A DNA stretch of 64,000 nucleotides from an uncultured Acidobacteriota bacterium. GTDB lineage: Bacteria; Acidobacteriota; UBA6911. Location of the stretch: assembly GCA_963843575.1 (NCBI GenBank), contig CAWJKZ010000009.1, positions 32,001-96,000 on the forward strand, read 5' to 3'. A model generated the notes under the pieces. The model worked only from the letters and a program-made list of their open reading frames with translations, was not told the origin of the DNA and ran no database searches. The translations under genes were made by a program, and so were the position numbers. Below are positions 32,211 through 43,129 of the stretch, one piece after another; positions within the stretch are counted from its first letter, which is position 1; every line of letters starts with the position of its first letter.

Positions 32211-34685
32211 TTGAATCAGGGGGGAATAATGACATCACTCCCGAACGACCTCTGCCTCACCTTCCGACTATTGCGTCGGCGTCCTGCTTTTGCCGCGGTA
32301 GTTCTGCTCACCCTCGCGGTGAGCATCGGGGCCAATTCCACCATGTTCAGCGTTGTCAATGCCGTGCTTTTGCAGGCTTTGCCCTATCCGGACTCAACTA
32401 ACCTGGTGCAGCTCTTTTTTGCACTTCCCAAGGACGATGTGCTGGTCAAATTCCTGGGAACCGAAAGGGTGGATTTCCCCTGGGCGGATTTCGAGGACAT
32501 TCGCTCTCAACAGCAGGTTTGCGATGGTCTGGCTGCCTATCGCCCGATGGATACGAACTTCAGGTCGGACCAAGGACCCGAGCGACTCGTGGGGGCAGAT
32601 GTAAGCAGCGGGTTCTTTTCCCTTCTCGGAATTAACCCTCTGTTGGGCCGAGGCTTCCAGCAGACAGATTCGATTTCGTCCAATAGCCGGACGGTTGTTC
32701 TCAGCCACAGTCTCTGGCAGAGGCATTTCGCAGGAACACCCGAAGTTATTGGAAAGAGTGTCCTGCTGGATGGATCCCCATACACGGTGGCGGGTGTCAT
32801 GCCGGCCAGCTTCTCTTCCATTCCGACCAAGGATTGGAGTGTCCGTTCCGGGCTCATCCGGTCTCATCTCGAACCGGAACTTTGGATCCGACATGTGCCG
32901 TCACCCGATGATCAGGACCGGAGTTCCATGCAATTCAACGTAATAGCTCGTCTTAAATCCGGAATCACTGCGGAGCGTGCCCAGGCTGATCTCAATGTGA
33001 TCGCCCGCCGACTGGGTCAGCAATATCCGCACTGCACCAAGGACTGGGGGATTGCGGTCGAGCCGCTGCACAAAGCGCTGCGAGGAAGGTATCGCACGCT
33101 GCTTTCGATTTTGCAGGGTGCCGCAGGCCTGGTCCTGCTGATTGCCTCCATCAATCTGGCCAATCTCCTGTTGAGCAGGTCGGCGGGGCGGAAGGCGGAA
33201 CTGGCCATTCGCACGTCTTTGGGCGCCAATCGCGTCCGCATCCTGCGCCAACTCCTTACTGAGAGTCTTGTACTTTCCATGCTGGGAGGGGGAACGGGCC
33301 TTCTACTTACGTATGAGGGCATACAACTGCTCAACAATTTCCTGCCTGCAATCTTCGTCGGAATTCCTCTGATCCGCGTCGATACTCAGGTGTTTGGGTT
33401 TACCCTGCTTATATCTTTGCTTGCAGGAGCCGGATTCGGCTTGGCGCCGGCTATTCAATCTTCGCGGGTCGACCTGAATTCGGAGCTTCGCCAATCGCAG
33501 ATGCGGGCCACGCGTTCCGGCCGAAACAGGCTAAGTCGACTTCTGATCGTGGCCCAGGTCAGTCTGACCCTGTCATTGCTCATCGCCGCCGGATTGCTGG
33601 TCAAGGCCTTTTACCATCTTTGGCACATCAACCCGGGCTGCCGGATAGACAACGTATTGACAATGCGGCTCAATTACACTGTTGAAGGTACTCCGGGTGA
33701 GCAGACATTGCGCAATTACTTTCGACGCGTGCTCGACAGAATGAACGCAATGCCTGGAGTTGAATCCGCCGGCTTGGTGGGGGTGGTACCGACCGCCGGG
33801 AGTCCATATAACTCTTATATCTCGTTGATGGGCCGCCCCGATCTGCAGAACAACCGTGTGCTCGTCAGCTACCAGCCTGCCAGCTCGCAATATTTCCGGA
33901 CAATGGGAATTCCCTTGCGGCAGGGACGGTACTTTACGGACCTGGATGATGAAAACGCGCCCTTGGTTGCTCTTATCGGAGAAACCATGGCTGAGAGATT
34001 TTGGCCGGGCCAGAATCCTGTGGGCAAGCAAGTTCATTTGGATGGCAAGCCCCGGACCGTATTGGGTGTGGTTGGGGATGTGCGTCAGGAAGATCTGTCC
34101 AGGGCTTACCGCTGCAGCATGTATCTACCTTACCCGCAATACCTCACTTCCAGCATGACCGTGGTAGTGAGGACGGCCAATCCTCAGGCTTTGATCGACT
34201 CGGTGAGGAAGTCGATTTATGCCATCGATGCCGGCCACCCGGTTTCTCATGTACGCACCATGGAAACAGTCGTTGCTGACGGCCTGATATCCCTGCGTCT
34301 TATCATGTTCCTGTTGCTGATGATGGCTGGCCTCGCCCTCATTCTGGCTCTGCTTGGGATTTATGGTGTCCTCTCCAACCTGGTGACACAACGAAGACGG
34401 GAGATTGGAGTGCGAATGGCCCTGGGTGCCCGTCGATGGGATGTATTAAAGATGGTACTGCAACAGGGATTATCGCCGGTTTTGCTCGGAATCGGAGCAG
34501 GAATCATGCTTTCGTTAGGTATCACCCGCATTCTTTCCAACCAACTCTATGGTGTAACGCCAACTGATCCTGCAACCTTCGCCCTGGTGAGTATGCTGAT
34601 GATCGCCGCCGCTTCGTTGGCCTGCGTGATTCCTGCGGGCAAAGCTGCTCATGTGGACCCCTTGGTTACTCTGAAGTGTGATTGA
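32211..34685 (+). CDS. ADOP ABC permease
   Basis: TLAVSIGANSTMFSVVNAVLL, LLIASINLANLLL, QLLTESLVL, QRRREIGVRMALGA, AAHVDP. Confidence 0.93.
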   Translation: MNQGGIMTSLPNDLCLTFRLLRRRPAFAAVVLLTLAVSIGANSTMFSVVNAVLLQALPYPDSTNLVQLFFALPKDDVLVKFLGTERVDFPWADFEDIRSQQQVCDGLAAYRPMDTNFRSDQGPERLVGADVSSGFFSLLGINPLLGRGFQQTDSISSNSRTVVLSHSLWQRHFAGTPEVIGKSVLLDGSPYTVAGVMPASFSSIPTKDWSVRSGLIRSHLEPELWIRHVPSPDDQDRSSMQFNVIARLKSGITAERAQADLNVIARRLGQQYPHCTKDWGIAVEPLHKALRGRYRTLLSILQGAAGLVLLIASINLANLLLSRSAGRKAELAIRTSLGANRVRILRQLLTESLVLSMLGGGTGLLLTYEGIQLLNNFLPAIFVGIPLIRVDTQVFGFTLLISLLAGAGFGLAPAIQSSRVDLNSELRQSQMRATRSGRNRLSRLLIVAQVSLTLSLLIAAGLLVKAFYHLWHINPGCRIDNVLTMRLNYTVEGTPGEQTLRNYFRRVLDRMNAMPGVESAGLVGVVPTAGSPYNSYISLMGRPDLQNNRVLVSYQPASSQYFRTMGIPLRQGRYFTDLDDENAPLVALIGETMAERFWPGQNPVGKQVHLDGKPRTVLGVVGDVRQEDLSRAYRCSMYLPYPQYLTSSMTVVVRTANPQALIDSVRKSIYAIDAGHPVSHVRTMETVVADGLISLRLIMFLLLMMAGLALILALLGIYGVLSNLVTQRRREIGVRMALGARRWDVLKMVLQQGLSPVLLGIGAGIMLSLGITRILSNQLYGVTPTDPATFALVSMLMIAAASLACVIPAGKAAHVDPLVTLKCD

Positions 34686-34839
34686 ACCTGAATTGTGCGC
34701 CGTATGAGGGATTGGACGGAACCGTGACATGGAAAAACTACCCGGGAGACCAGCCGCCGGCCAAGAGCGGATCCGGGCGATGCAACAACAAGCTCGCCCT
34801 AAACGCCGGGTGCCGTCATCCTGCCACTGGGTGCACTGG

Positions 34840-34950
34840 AGGTATCGGCCAGGGCGTAGGCCTTGCGCTGCGCCGGTGTCATGTGGGCCAGCTCGATGCA
34901 GGGTTCCGTTTCCATGCCCTGCTTCCTGGCTGCGAGCAGCCTGCCCTCGA
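34840..34950 (-). pseudogene. Fragment of ParB/Srx-like domain typical of phage-associated DNA methylases
   Basis: GRLLAARKQGMETEPCIELAHMTPAQRKAYALAD. Confidence 0.6.
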
Positions 34951-35330
34951 GCGGTCCGGCGCCTCGGCGGCAGATCGCCATCTATCTGCCAATCCGCCGC
35001 GCGCCGAACCCTATCCGCTGGTCGTTGTATTCCACAAACACGCCTATCTTGGCGAAGCGGGAAAGTTGGGTTTGATTCCCACGCCCACGATCCTCGACAA
35101 CCTGATCTCGGAAGTGCTAATTCGGTGTCGCTGCTCCACTTCATGGTGAACTCCTTTCTCCCTAAACAGGGTGAAGGAGTTCATACTATGTCGATGTCGC
35201 ATCGACCGTTGCCCCGGAAAGCCGGCCCGGGCTTACCGTTCAAGACATAGTCGGGAAGGGTAGATCGAACCCAAGGTGCAAAGCACCGGAGTCACAGGAT
35301 TCGCCGACTCCCGGCAGTGCGAGGAGCACT

Positions 35331-37775
35331 ATGCAGCGTAAGGCGCTTCTGGGTTTCCTGCTGCTGGCCGTCAACTCCGGCGTTCTTGCGGCCGCGGCCG
35401 ACCACTACCTGCCCCAAATCGTGAACGGGCGGTCGGGAGGCGTTCTCATGCGGACGACCTTCCTGCTCGTCAACAAGCGCACACTCCCCGTACCCTTGAC
35501 CCTTTCGCTCACGGCCGACGATGGCTTACCACTTGCGCTGACCATGGTGGGCGCGGGAAGCTCCAGCACCTTCCGGCTCACGCTGGGGCCCGCCCAGACG
35601 CGCATTCTGCGGACGGACGGCTCCGGCGGCCTGCGCACGGGCGCGGCCGTCTTGTCGGCGGGCGACGGCGTCGATGTGTCCGTTGTGTTCTCGGTGATCC
35701 CGGAGGGACGCTCAGGATCCGAGACCGGCGTCGGAGCTGCGCCGCCGTTGTCGGCCTTCTATGTGCCGGTCGATGCGGCCGGCAGCTCCTCCGTCGGGGT
35801 GGCTCTGCTGAATCCCGGCGGCCAGGCCTCGGAAGTCAGATTCCGTCTGATCGATCGACAAGGGTCCGAGGCCGGCGTGCAGGAACGGCGGCTGGAAGCC
35901 GGGCATCACATGGCCATCTTTGTGACGGGCGCAGGTCAGCTCTTTCCTGGGTTCTCGGACTTTCAGGGAATCCTGTCAGTGATGAGCACGCAACCGCTCT
36001 CCGCCATCACGCTGAAGCAGTATGCGGACCCGATTTCGTATACATCGTTCCCGGTAATTTCGGCCTCGGCCGCCGCAAATGAGTTCACCTTCGCGCACCT
36101 CGCGATCGGGCGATCCCTGACCGAGCGCTACCGGACCTCATTTCTCGTTTTCAATGCAGGATCCTCCGCCGCCCACGTTTCGCTCGACCTGACCCGCGAC
36201 GATGGGAGCCCGCTCACAGCCAGCCTGCCCGGCGCCGTTGGAGCGGGTGGCCGATTTTGGTTGCCGGAGATTCCCGCTCTTGGCTCCGTCCTTCTCGAAA
36301 CGGGCGATGACGGCCCGGTTCAATCCGGGGCGGCCCGGCTGATATCGGATGCTCCCGTGGGCGCCGCGGCCGTGGTCCGCCTGTCGGATGGTTTCGGCAA
36401 CCGGGCGGCGGAGTCAGGCATTCCCAGCTGTCCGGCACTGAGCCAACTCACCATCCCAGTGGACTCCGGCCCGAACCTCGGGACCGGCGTGGCGTTCTTC
36501 AACGCCGGTCCCGAGGCGGCTCTATTGAGGGTGAGGTTGTTCAACGAACTTGGGCTCGAGCAGACGGCCGTTTCAGCCCTCACCCTGCCGGCCGGTTCAC
36601 ACGTGGCCCGCTATGTCACGGAGCTCTTTCCCGGAGCCATCGGCAGCCGGGGTTCGCTCGCCATCGAGTCGTCCTTCCCCATCGCAGCTGCGGCGTTGCG
36701 CCTGGGTTTGTCGCCGGCGGTCCTCACGACCCTGCCGATCGCTGCCGGCGCCGCCGTGAAGTGGCCCGGCTACTGGCCGACCAACGGATGGCGGACGTCG
36801 CTCCCGGAGGAACAGGGGATCGACTCCCAGATCCTGGTGGCCGGTGGCGAGTATGTGCGCACTCAGTTCCCTATGTGCTACAGCGTCAGCGTGGTCCGGC
36901 ACGGCCGGCTGGTATTCGAGCGCTACTACAACGGGGTTCAACCCGGCGACGCCACTAACATCATGTCCGTCACGAAGAGTGTCCTCTCAGCCCTGACCGG
37001 CATTGCCCTCGAACAGAAGATCCTTCAAGGCGTCGATCAGCCCATCGCCGACTACTACCCGGAATACTTCACTCCTGCGCTCGATCCAGGGAAGCGGGAA
37101 ATTCGCATCAGGCACCTCCTGACCATGACGGCCGGCCTCGAGTGGCAGGAGTGGGGGTCGGTCTTCTACCAGTGGCTCCAATCGAGAGACTTCCTCAGGT
37201 TCGCCATCGAACTCCCTCTGGTCAGCGCCCCAGGCGGGCAGTTCAACTACAACACGGCGCTGACCCACCTCCAGTCGGGGATACTGACCAGGGCGTCGGG
37301 GCTGACCACCCTCGAGTTCGGGAGAAGGAATCTCTTCGACCCTTTGGGCTTCACACGATTCCAATGGATGACAGACCCACAGGGCTACAACATCGGTGGC
37401 GCTGAGCTCTACCTTACGCCGCGGGACATGGCGAAGTTCGGGTATCTGTTCCTTGAGCAGGGCTACTGGGAAGACCGGCAGTTGGTGCCCGCGGCCTGGG
37501 TTCGGGAGTCCACCAGCATCAAAGTTGCCGACCCGAACCAAACCGGGTTTACGGATTACGGTTACCTGTGGTGGCTGGGTTGGATTCAAGGCCAATGGTA
37601 CTTCAGGGCCGCCGGCCACGGGGGCCAATCGATCTTCATCTTCCCGGACCTCGACATGGTTGTGGTCCTCACTGCACGATCCGATGTGACTACGGAGCAG
37701 AATTCCGTCAACTACTCGCGCACATTCACTTACCTGAGGGAGTACGTGCTCAAGGCCGTCGATCCCGAATGGTGA
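35331..37775 (+). CDS. Secreted serine hydrolase (class C beta-lactamase-like) with four N-terminal repeat modules
   Basis: Signal peptide and GAGGAG RBS; SVTK nucleophile motif, HLLTMTAG, FNYNT, LTPRDMAKFG, YGYLWW, AAGHGGQ. Confidence 0.88.
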   Translation: MQRKALLGFLLLAVNSGVLAAAADHYLPQIVNGRSGGVLMRTTFLLVNKRTLPVPLTLSLTADDGLPLALTMVGAGSSSTFRLTLGPAQTRILRTDGSGGLRTGAAVLSAGDGVDVSVVFSVIPEGRSGSETGVGAAPPLSAFYVPVDAAGSSSVGVALLNPGGQASEVRFRLIDRQGSEAGVQERRLEAGHHMAIFVTGAGQLFPGFSDFQGILSVMSTQPLSAITLKQYADPISYTSFPVISASAAANEFTFAHLAIGRSLTERYRTSFLVFNAGSSAAHVSLDLTRDDGSPLTASLPGAVGAGGRFWLPEIPALGSVLLETGDDGPVQSGAARLISDAPVGAAAVVRLSDGFGNRAAESGIPSCPALSQLTIPVDSGPNLGTGVAFFNAGPEAALLRVRLFNELGLEQTAVSALTLPAGSHVARYVTELFPGAIGSRGSLAIESSFPIAAAALRLGLSPAVLTTLPIAAGAAVKWPGYWPTNGWRTSLPEEQGIDSQILVAGGEYVRTQFPMCYSVSVVRHGRLVFERYYNGVQPGDATNIMSVTKSVLSALTGIALEQKILQGVDQPIADYYPEYFTPALDPGKREIRIRHLLTMTAGLEWQEWGSVFYQWLQSRDFLRFAIELPLVSAPGGQFNYNTALTHLQSGILTRASGLTTLEFGRRNLFDPLGFTRFQWMTDPQGYNIGGAELYLTPRDMAKFGYLFLEQGYWEDRQLVPAAWVRESTSIKVADPNQTGFTDYGYLWWLGWIQGQWYFRAAGHGGQSIFIFPDLDMVVVLTARSDVTTEQNSVNYSRTFTYLREYVLKAVDPEW

Positions 37776-37995
37776 AAAAGTCGGACGTCCCCAAACTGCT
37801 CCCCGATCAAGCGTCGCGCGCAGCGTTGCCAGCATCCGGGGCATGCCGTTACAACCGTTTACGGCCCGCTGAGAGCTGCCGTTGCCTCATCCAATCCGGA
37901 GGTAGAACTGGATGACTTTTGTAACCCGCATGGATTGGCTAAGATTCATTGAAAGCAGAACGGAATGGCTCCGTGCTGAAATCTTTGTGGTACAA

Positions 37996-38370
37996 ATGAT
38001 GCCTACACAATTCAGATCCCTCGTTCCCCTGATACAAGTTCGAAGCGTGTCGCAGTCGATCGCCTTTTATCAGAAACTCGGTTTCGAGATAGGCAACTCA
38101 TTTTCCCCGGAAGGACAGGAGGAACCCGGTTGGGCCTGGCTGGATGGAGGCCAGGTTCATCTGATGCTCGGGCAGGCCGAAGAACCTGCGGTCCCGTCAC
38201 AACAGGGAGTGCTTTTCTGCCTTTACTGTTCTGACGTGGCGGCCATGCGAACGGTCCTGGTCCAAAAAGGGGTATCCGCCGGTGAAATTACTTTCCCTTT
38301 TTACGCGCCCCATGGTGAGTTTCGCATCGAGGATCCGGACGGTTATGTCTTGATGGTAACCCACACGTAG
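37996..38370 (+). CDS. VOC/glyoxalase family protein
   Basis: SIAFYQKLGF, EFRIEDPDGYVL. Confidence 0.88.
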   Translation: MMPTQFRSLVPLIQVRSVSQSIAFYQKLGFEIGNSFSPEGQEEPGWAWLDGGQVHLMLGQAEEPAVPSQQGVLFCLYCSDVAAMRTVLVQKGVSAGEITFPFYAPHGEFRIEDPDGYVLMVTHT

Positions 38371-38556
38371 CCGGCGGGTTCGCTGAGGTTCGGCGCGAAG
38401 CAAGGGAAGAGATGGAGCGTGCGCACCGATTGATGAAACGGGTCGTGGCCAGCGTACACGGATAACTTGTGCTCGTTTCCCGCCGGGGTCCAGGAGGCGG
38501 GGGGCTCCCGTGATTGTCTAATGCGACACAGAAACGATAGGATCAGGCACGAAATC

Positions 38557-38874
38557 ATGGCTAAAGGGAAACGGAAGCTCACCGCTACAGAGAAAGCCGC
38601 GAAAAAGCTCCGACGCAGGGAGTCTATGACGATCTTCATCCGCGGAAAGCAAAAGCGCGTCAGGCGGCCTCCCACAATCGACGGCCTGGACGTCGATGAA
38701 TTCATTCGAAGGAACGCTGATCCTATATGGCTGCACCAGAGCGAGATGTGGGAATACATGGATTTGCCGGAACAACCAGACGGTGATGATATGGACTCAG
38801 AGCTGGTCTCGCAGAACTCAGTAGACGAAGCGCTCCCCCTCGAAGACGCTGGAGACGATGATATACCGTTCTGA
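38557..38874 (+). CDS. Hypothetical protein with basic N-terminus and acidic tail
   Basis: MTIFIRGKQKRVRRPPTIDGLDVDEFIRRNADPIWLHQ..MWE looks like a conserved small hypothetical family. Confidence 0.65.
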   Translation: MAKGKRKLTATEKAAKKLRRRESMTIFIRGKQKRVRRPPTIDGLDVDEFIRRNADPIWLHQSEMWEYMDLPEQPDGDDMDSELVSQNSVDEALPLEDAGDDDIPF

Positions 38875-39004
38875 TAAAGGGACATCCCATCCGGTTTCCC
38901 TTCTCCCTGGCTAGACCCACCCTGGAAGATCGCCCTCGTCCCTTCCACGACCAGAATAAGCGATGCCGTGGTAAATTACACGACTCTACAGGAGCCGGGG
39001 CTGA

Positions 39005-40716
39005 ATGGAGGATTTCACGAACATCGAGTTTCACCGCTCTGGGTATGGGATGCTCCCCGACATGCAGGACAAAGATCCCGGCATGCCGATCTGCTTTCCA
39101 AGGAATGCCGGCGGAGAAATACTCACCGGCAAATGCGACTGCCGCCAAAGCAGGAAAGGGCAGGATTGTGCGCATTTTGAGCGGCTGGTTCGGGCTGCGC
39201 GCCAGATAAGGAAACAAAATGGGGGCCGTTCCTGGGGAGACGCCTTCAATGCAAGCTTGTGGTACCGACTCGCAGCCATTTTGAGCGAAGGAGATGCTGT
39301 CCTGTGCCCTGACATTCGTGCCGCCCGCAATCCGCAGGAGCGGACTTGGAGCTTCCTGTCTCCGCGGGAGGCCCTGTTAGCGAAGTCACTGGATGACTCC
39401 GAAGCTTCATTGAGGCTGCTCGAACGGGCCGGAAAGACACCGCGGTCAAATCGCTTCCGGGACCGCGCCGCACTCATACGGCACCTCGCCATCATACTGC
39501 GCGGCGAGGATGAGAAGAGGATGAACGAAGCAGGGGTCCTCACCTATCGCCAGACCACGGAACAGAGCTTCTGGGGAATGCTCGCCTATCACTGCTTCCG
39601 GGAATACGGCGCCGCCTGTACCTTCCACCCTGCAATCGAGCAGGCGACCGGCGATTTTGTTCTCAAGTGCCGCTCCCGCAGCGAGGAACTCTTGCTGGAA
39701 CTTGTTCTGCCGCGCCGGCGGGTACGCAAGGCCCTTGGACTGCTGGCTGCCGAATTTCCTGGACAGGCCGACCTGGCGCTCCATCCTGTCCCGCTCAAAT
39801 CGATATTCCTCGTCTCGCAGAAAACGAAATTGGATCTCGAGGTGCGCCCCATGATCCAGACACTGCAGTCTTCAGGTGAGGCGCGGTTTATCGCCAGCGA
39901 GGACTGTGCAAGATTTCGATATGGCGATCTCGTGTATCTGCGCGAAATGAATATCCTGGCGGAGTTGGAAACGCCAGGCACAGCAAGAAGATTCGTCGCC
40001 CCGACCAGCATGAAACTCAAACGAAGCCAGCTCCCGGCGTAGCTTGACGAACACCGGCGCGACCTGGAAGACGGCCTGCTGGTGCTCGACGAACCGTTGC
40101 GCGAGCTTTCAATTCTGCGGGAACCGACGGCATCGAGATTGTCTCGGAGACGCTCGAACGCAGTTGGTATTGGCTTTCGATCCGCTACGGATTCGGAGAC
40201 GAATCCGTTTCCCTCGCAGACATCCTGCAGGCGAAGCGCGCGGGCCAGGGGTACATCCAGCTCCGTCGCGGTTGGGTGGATGTCAATTCGCAGGCATTCA
40301 GAGCCCTTGACCAGATAGAGAAACACGAGGCACTCGCGATCGAGGGGAGGAAGGTACGCTTCTCGCCCGTCGATCTGCTGCGCCTGATGTCGTCCAATTG
40401 CCAACCTCTCCGAATCAAGGAAGAAGACCAGCGCGCCGAAATCGTGAAGCGGCTGCTCGCACTGAAACCAGCGCTTCCCGGAGGCCGTCTCAGGGGAATG
40501 GTCACTCCGTTGCGCCCGTACCAGATGAAGGGAGTCGACTGGCTTCGCTTTCTGTTCGAAAACAATCTCGGCGGTTTGCTTTGCGACGACATGGGACTCG
40601 GCAAAACCCACCAGACGATGGCGCTGATGATCTCTCTTCGCGAACGCAACCGGATCAAGGATCCGTTCCTGATTGTCTGTCCTACCACCGTCATAAGCCA
40701 CTGGATGAACAAGATT
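39005..40716 (+). pseudogene. SWIM zinc finger-SNF2 helicase with in-frame TAG (40040), frameshift (~40122) and truncation by an IS
   Basis: CDC...CAH SWIM; LRPYQ..GVDWL; LCDDMGLGKT Walker A; LIVCPTTVISHW, then the IS inverted repeat. Confidence 0.88.
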
Positions 40717-40849
40717 CCAGACCTCCTGACATAGTGTCGCGGACCCGCGTGTTTAGTGGGTATGCGTCAGGGGTAGGGGGGGACCCAAACCTGTCCGCTT
40801 TTTGTGACGCCGGTTTTTCGACTCCGGGGGGATCTGGCATGCTCCTGCC

Positions 40850-43129
40850 ATGGCAGGAGCAGAACAGCAACGACGGCTTTTTCCGGATCCTCCTTGCGAC
40901 GACGCGACGATCCTCATAAATGATCGCTGCGTCATTCGGACGGAGCATGACTCTCGGCTTGTGGTCGTGTCGGGTATTCCGCTCGCGCAATACGCTGTAG
41001 GGGATAGAATGGCCGAGGCGCACGCGAAGGTCACCCTCGTAGAAGCAGGATGGGCGGACCAGAACGATGTTGCCCACGCGTTCGGTTGCTCGGCGCGCAC
41101 TGTCCGCCGGCATCAGCGTCGGTTCGGAGCGGGTGGACTCCCGGCGCTCGCCCGCGAGGATGGATATCCAACTGGATGGCGACGAATTGCACGGTCGCGA
41201 GAGCAACTCGTGCTTCGGCTGAAGGCACAGGGCCAGTCGAACCACGAGATTGCACGCCGCCTCGGCGTGACTCCAAAAGCAGTACGGAAGCTGCTGAAAC
41301 GACTTGGCTGGTGTGGGACCGAGCCGGGGCAACCTTCTCTCCCCATCGCGGCAGGGGGGGACCCAAACCTGTCCGCTTTTTCCCCTCGCGGTCGCGATGG
41401 CGCAACTGCGGCGCGTCCACTCAGGGCCCCAATGGTCTCCACTGCCCCAGAGGACGACGAACCGATTCCAGTGTCGTTTGATACCGACCCCTCCGACCGC
41501 CGCATAGACCGAGTCCTGGCGTACTTGGGCCTGCTCGATGACGCAGCTCCGCTCTTCCGTTCCGGTACTCACGTACCGCGCGCCGGCGTATTGCTCGCAG
41601 TGCCCGCTCTGGTCGACAGCGACGCGTTCACGATCGCCCGCAAGATCTACGGCAGTATCGGCCCCGCCTTCTACGGCCTGCGCACCACGTTGCTGGCCTT
41701 GCTGCTCATAGCGCTCCTGCGTATCAAACGGCCCGAAGCGCTTAAGGAACACGTGCCGCAGGATCTCGGACGGGTTCTCGGCCTCGATCGCGCACCCGAA
41801 GTGAAGACCCTGCGGCGCAAGCTCAGCCGTCTCGCTGCCTATGGCCGTGCCGCAGAGTTTGGACGTGCCCTGGCGCAACAGCGCGTGGCAGAGCGCGGGG
41901 CCGCGCTCGGGTTCCTGTACGTCGACGGACACGTCCGCGTCTATCACGGCAAGCGCACCCTGCCGAAGACCCACGTTGCACGTATGCGCCTGTCGATGCC
42001 CGCAACGACGGACTACTGGGTCAACGACACCGTCGGAGACCCACTCTTCGTCGTCACGGCTGAGGCGAACGCCGGCATGGTGAAGATGCTGCCCAAGGTG
42101 CTCGCCGAGGTCCGAGTCCTTGTCGGCGACCGACGCGTGACCGTGGTGTTCGGCCGGGGTGGCTTCAGCCCGAAACTCTTCCTCAAGCTGATCGCCGACG
42201 GCTTCGACATCCTCACGTACCGGAAGGGCCGCTTCCGGCGAGTCGGCCGATCGTGTTTTCGGGTGCACGACTCGGTCATCGACGGACGGAAGGTCTCGTA
42301 CAACCTGGCGGATCAAGAGGTGCGTCTCCTCAAAAGGAAACTCCGGCTGCGGCAGGTTACGCGACTCGCTGAGGACGGCCACCAGACTCCGATCTTGACC
42401 TCCCGGCGCGATCTGTCGACTCTCGAGGTCGCCCACAGGATGTTTGAGAGATGGCGCCAGGAGAACTTTTTCAAGTACTTGCGAGAGGAATATGCGCTCG
42501 ACGCCCTAGCCGACTACCGAGCCGTTCCGGATGACCCTGCGCGGGACGTCCCCAACCCCTATCGGCTGGAGATGACGGCCAAGATCAAAGAGGCTCGCGC
42601 CGTGCTCGAGCGGCTCACTGGCGAATACGGAGCCGAGGCTTTTCTCAATCCCGAGCAATCCCGGCCAACGATGCGCGGCTTCAAGATCGCGCAGAGCAAA
42701 CTCGCTGACCAGATCCGAGAGACGCTCGAACGTACCGCAAGACTCGAGGAATTGCGCGCCGCCATGCCTACCCGGGTCCCCGTCGGCGACCTCGTCAGGG
42801 ACGGCCTCGTCAAGCTCGATCCCGAGCGCAAGTTCCTGACCAACCTCATCAAATTGGTCGCCTATCAAGCGGAGAGCGACCTGGTGCGTCTTGTTGCTCC
42901 GCACTACAAGCGCACGGACCAGGAAGGGAGAACGTTGATCCAGTCGGCCCTCGCCGCGCCGGCGGATCTCGAAGTCACAGCGGAGGATCTCCGAGTCAGG
43001 ATCGTGCCGCTCAGTTCGCCGCACCGGAGTCGCGCCATCGCGTCCCTCTGCGACGAACTCAATCGGCGGTCCACCCGGTTTCCGGGTTCCCGGCTCCGCC
43101 TCAACTATGCTGTGCGCGAGGCACCGTGA
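40850..43129 (+). CDS. DDE transposase (IS4/IS1380-like superfamily) with N-terminal HTH domains
   Basis: HTHs QNDVAHAFGCSARTVRR and SNHEIARRLGVTPKAVRK; YVDGH, VFGRGG (Asp expected), RWRQENFFK. Confidence 0.85.
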   Translation: MAGAEQQRRLFPDPPCDDATILINDRCVIRTEHDSRLVVVSGIPLAQYAVGDRMAEAHAKVTLVEAGWADQNDVAHAFGCSARTVRRHQRRFGAGGLPALAREDGYPTGWRRIARSREQLVLRLKAQGQSNHEIARRLGVTPKAVRKLLKRLGWCGTEPGQPSLPIAAGGDPNLSAFSPRGRDGATAARPLRAPMVSTAPEDDEPIPVSFDTDPSDRRIDRVLAYLGLLDDAAPLFRSGTHVPRAGVLLAVPALVDSDAFTIARKIYGSIGPAFYGLRTTLLALLLIALLRIKRPEALKEHVPQDLGRVLGLDRAPEVKTLRRKLSRLAAYGRAAEFGRALAQQRVAERGAALGFLYVDGHVRVYHGKRTLPKTHVARMRLSMPATTDYWVNDTVGDPLFVVTAEANAGMVKMLPKVLAEVRVLVGDRRVTVVFGRGGFSPKLFLKLIADGFDILTYRKGRFRRVGRSCFRVHDSVIDGRKVSYNLADQEVRLLKRKLRLRQVTRLAEDGHQTPILTSRRDLSTLEVAHRMFERWRQENFFKYLREEYALDALADYRAVPDDPARDVPNPYRLEMTAKIKEARAVLERLTGEYGAEAFLNPEQSRPTMRGFKIAQSKLADQIRETLERTARLEELRAAMPTRVPVGDLVRDGLVKLDPERKFLTNLIKLVAYQAESDLVRLVAPHYKRTDQEGRTLIQSALAAPADLEVTAEDLRVRIVPLSSPHRSRAIASLCDELNRRSTRFPGSRLRLNYAVREAP
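41353..41381 (+). repeat. 29-bp perfect copy of the IS left subterminal sequence 40775-40803
   Basis: AGGGGGGGACCCAAACCTGTCCGCTTTTT at both positions; core inverted as AAAAGCGGACA at 43132-43142. Confidence 0.9.

Noticed and set aside
35331-37775. Antibiotic-resistance beta-lactamase
   Set aside because: The SxxK fold is shared by many esterases and amidases, and the AmpC KTG motif is replaced by AAG.
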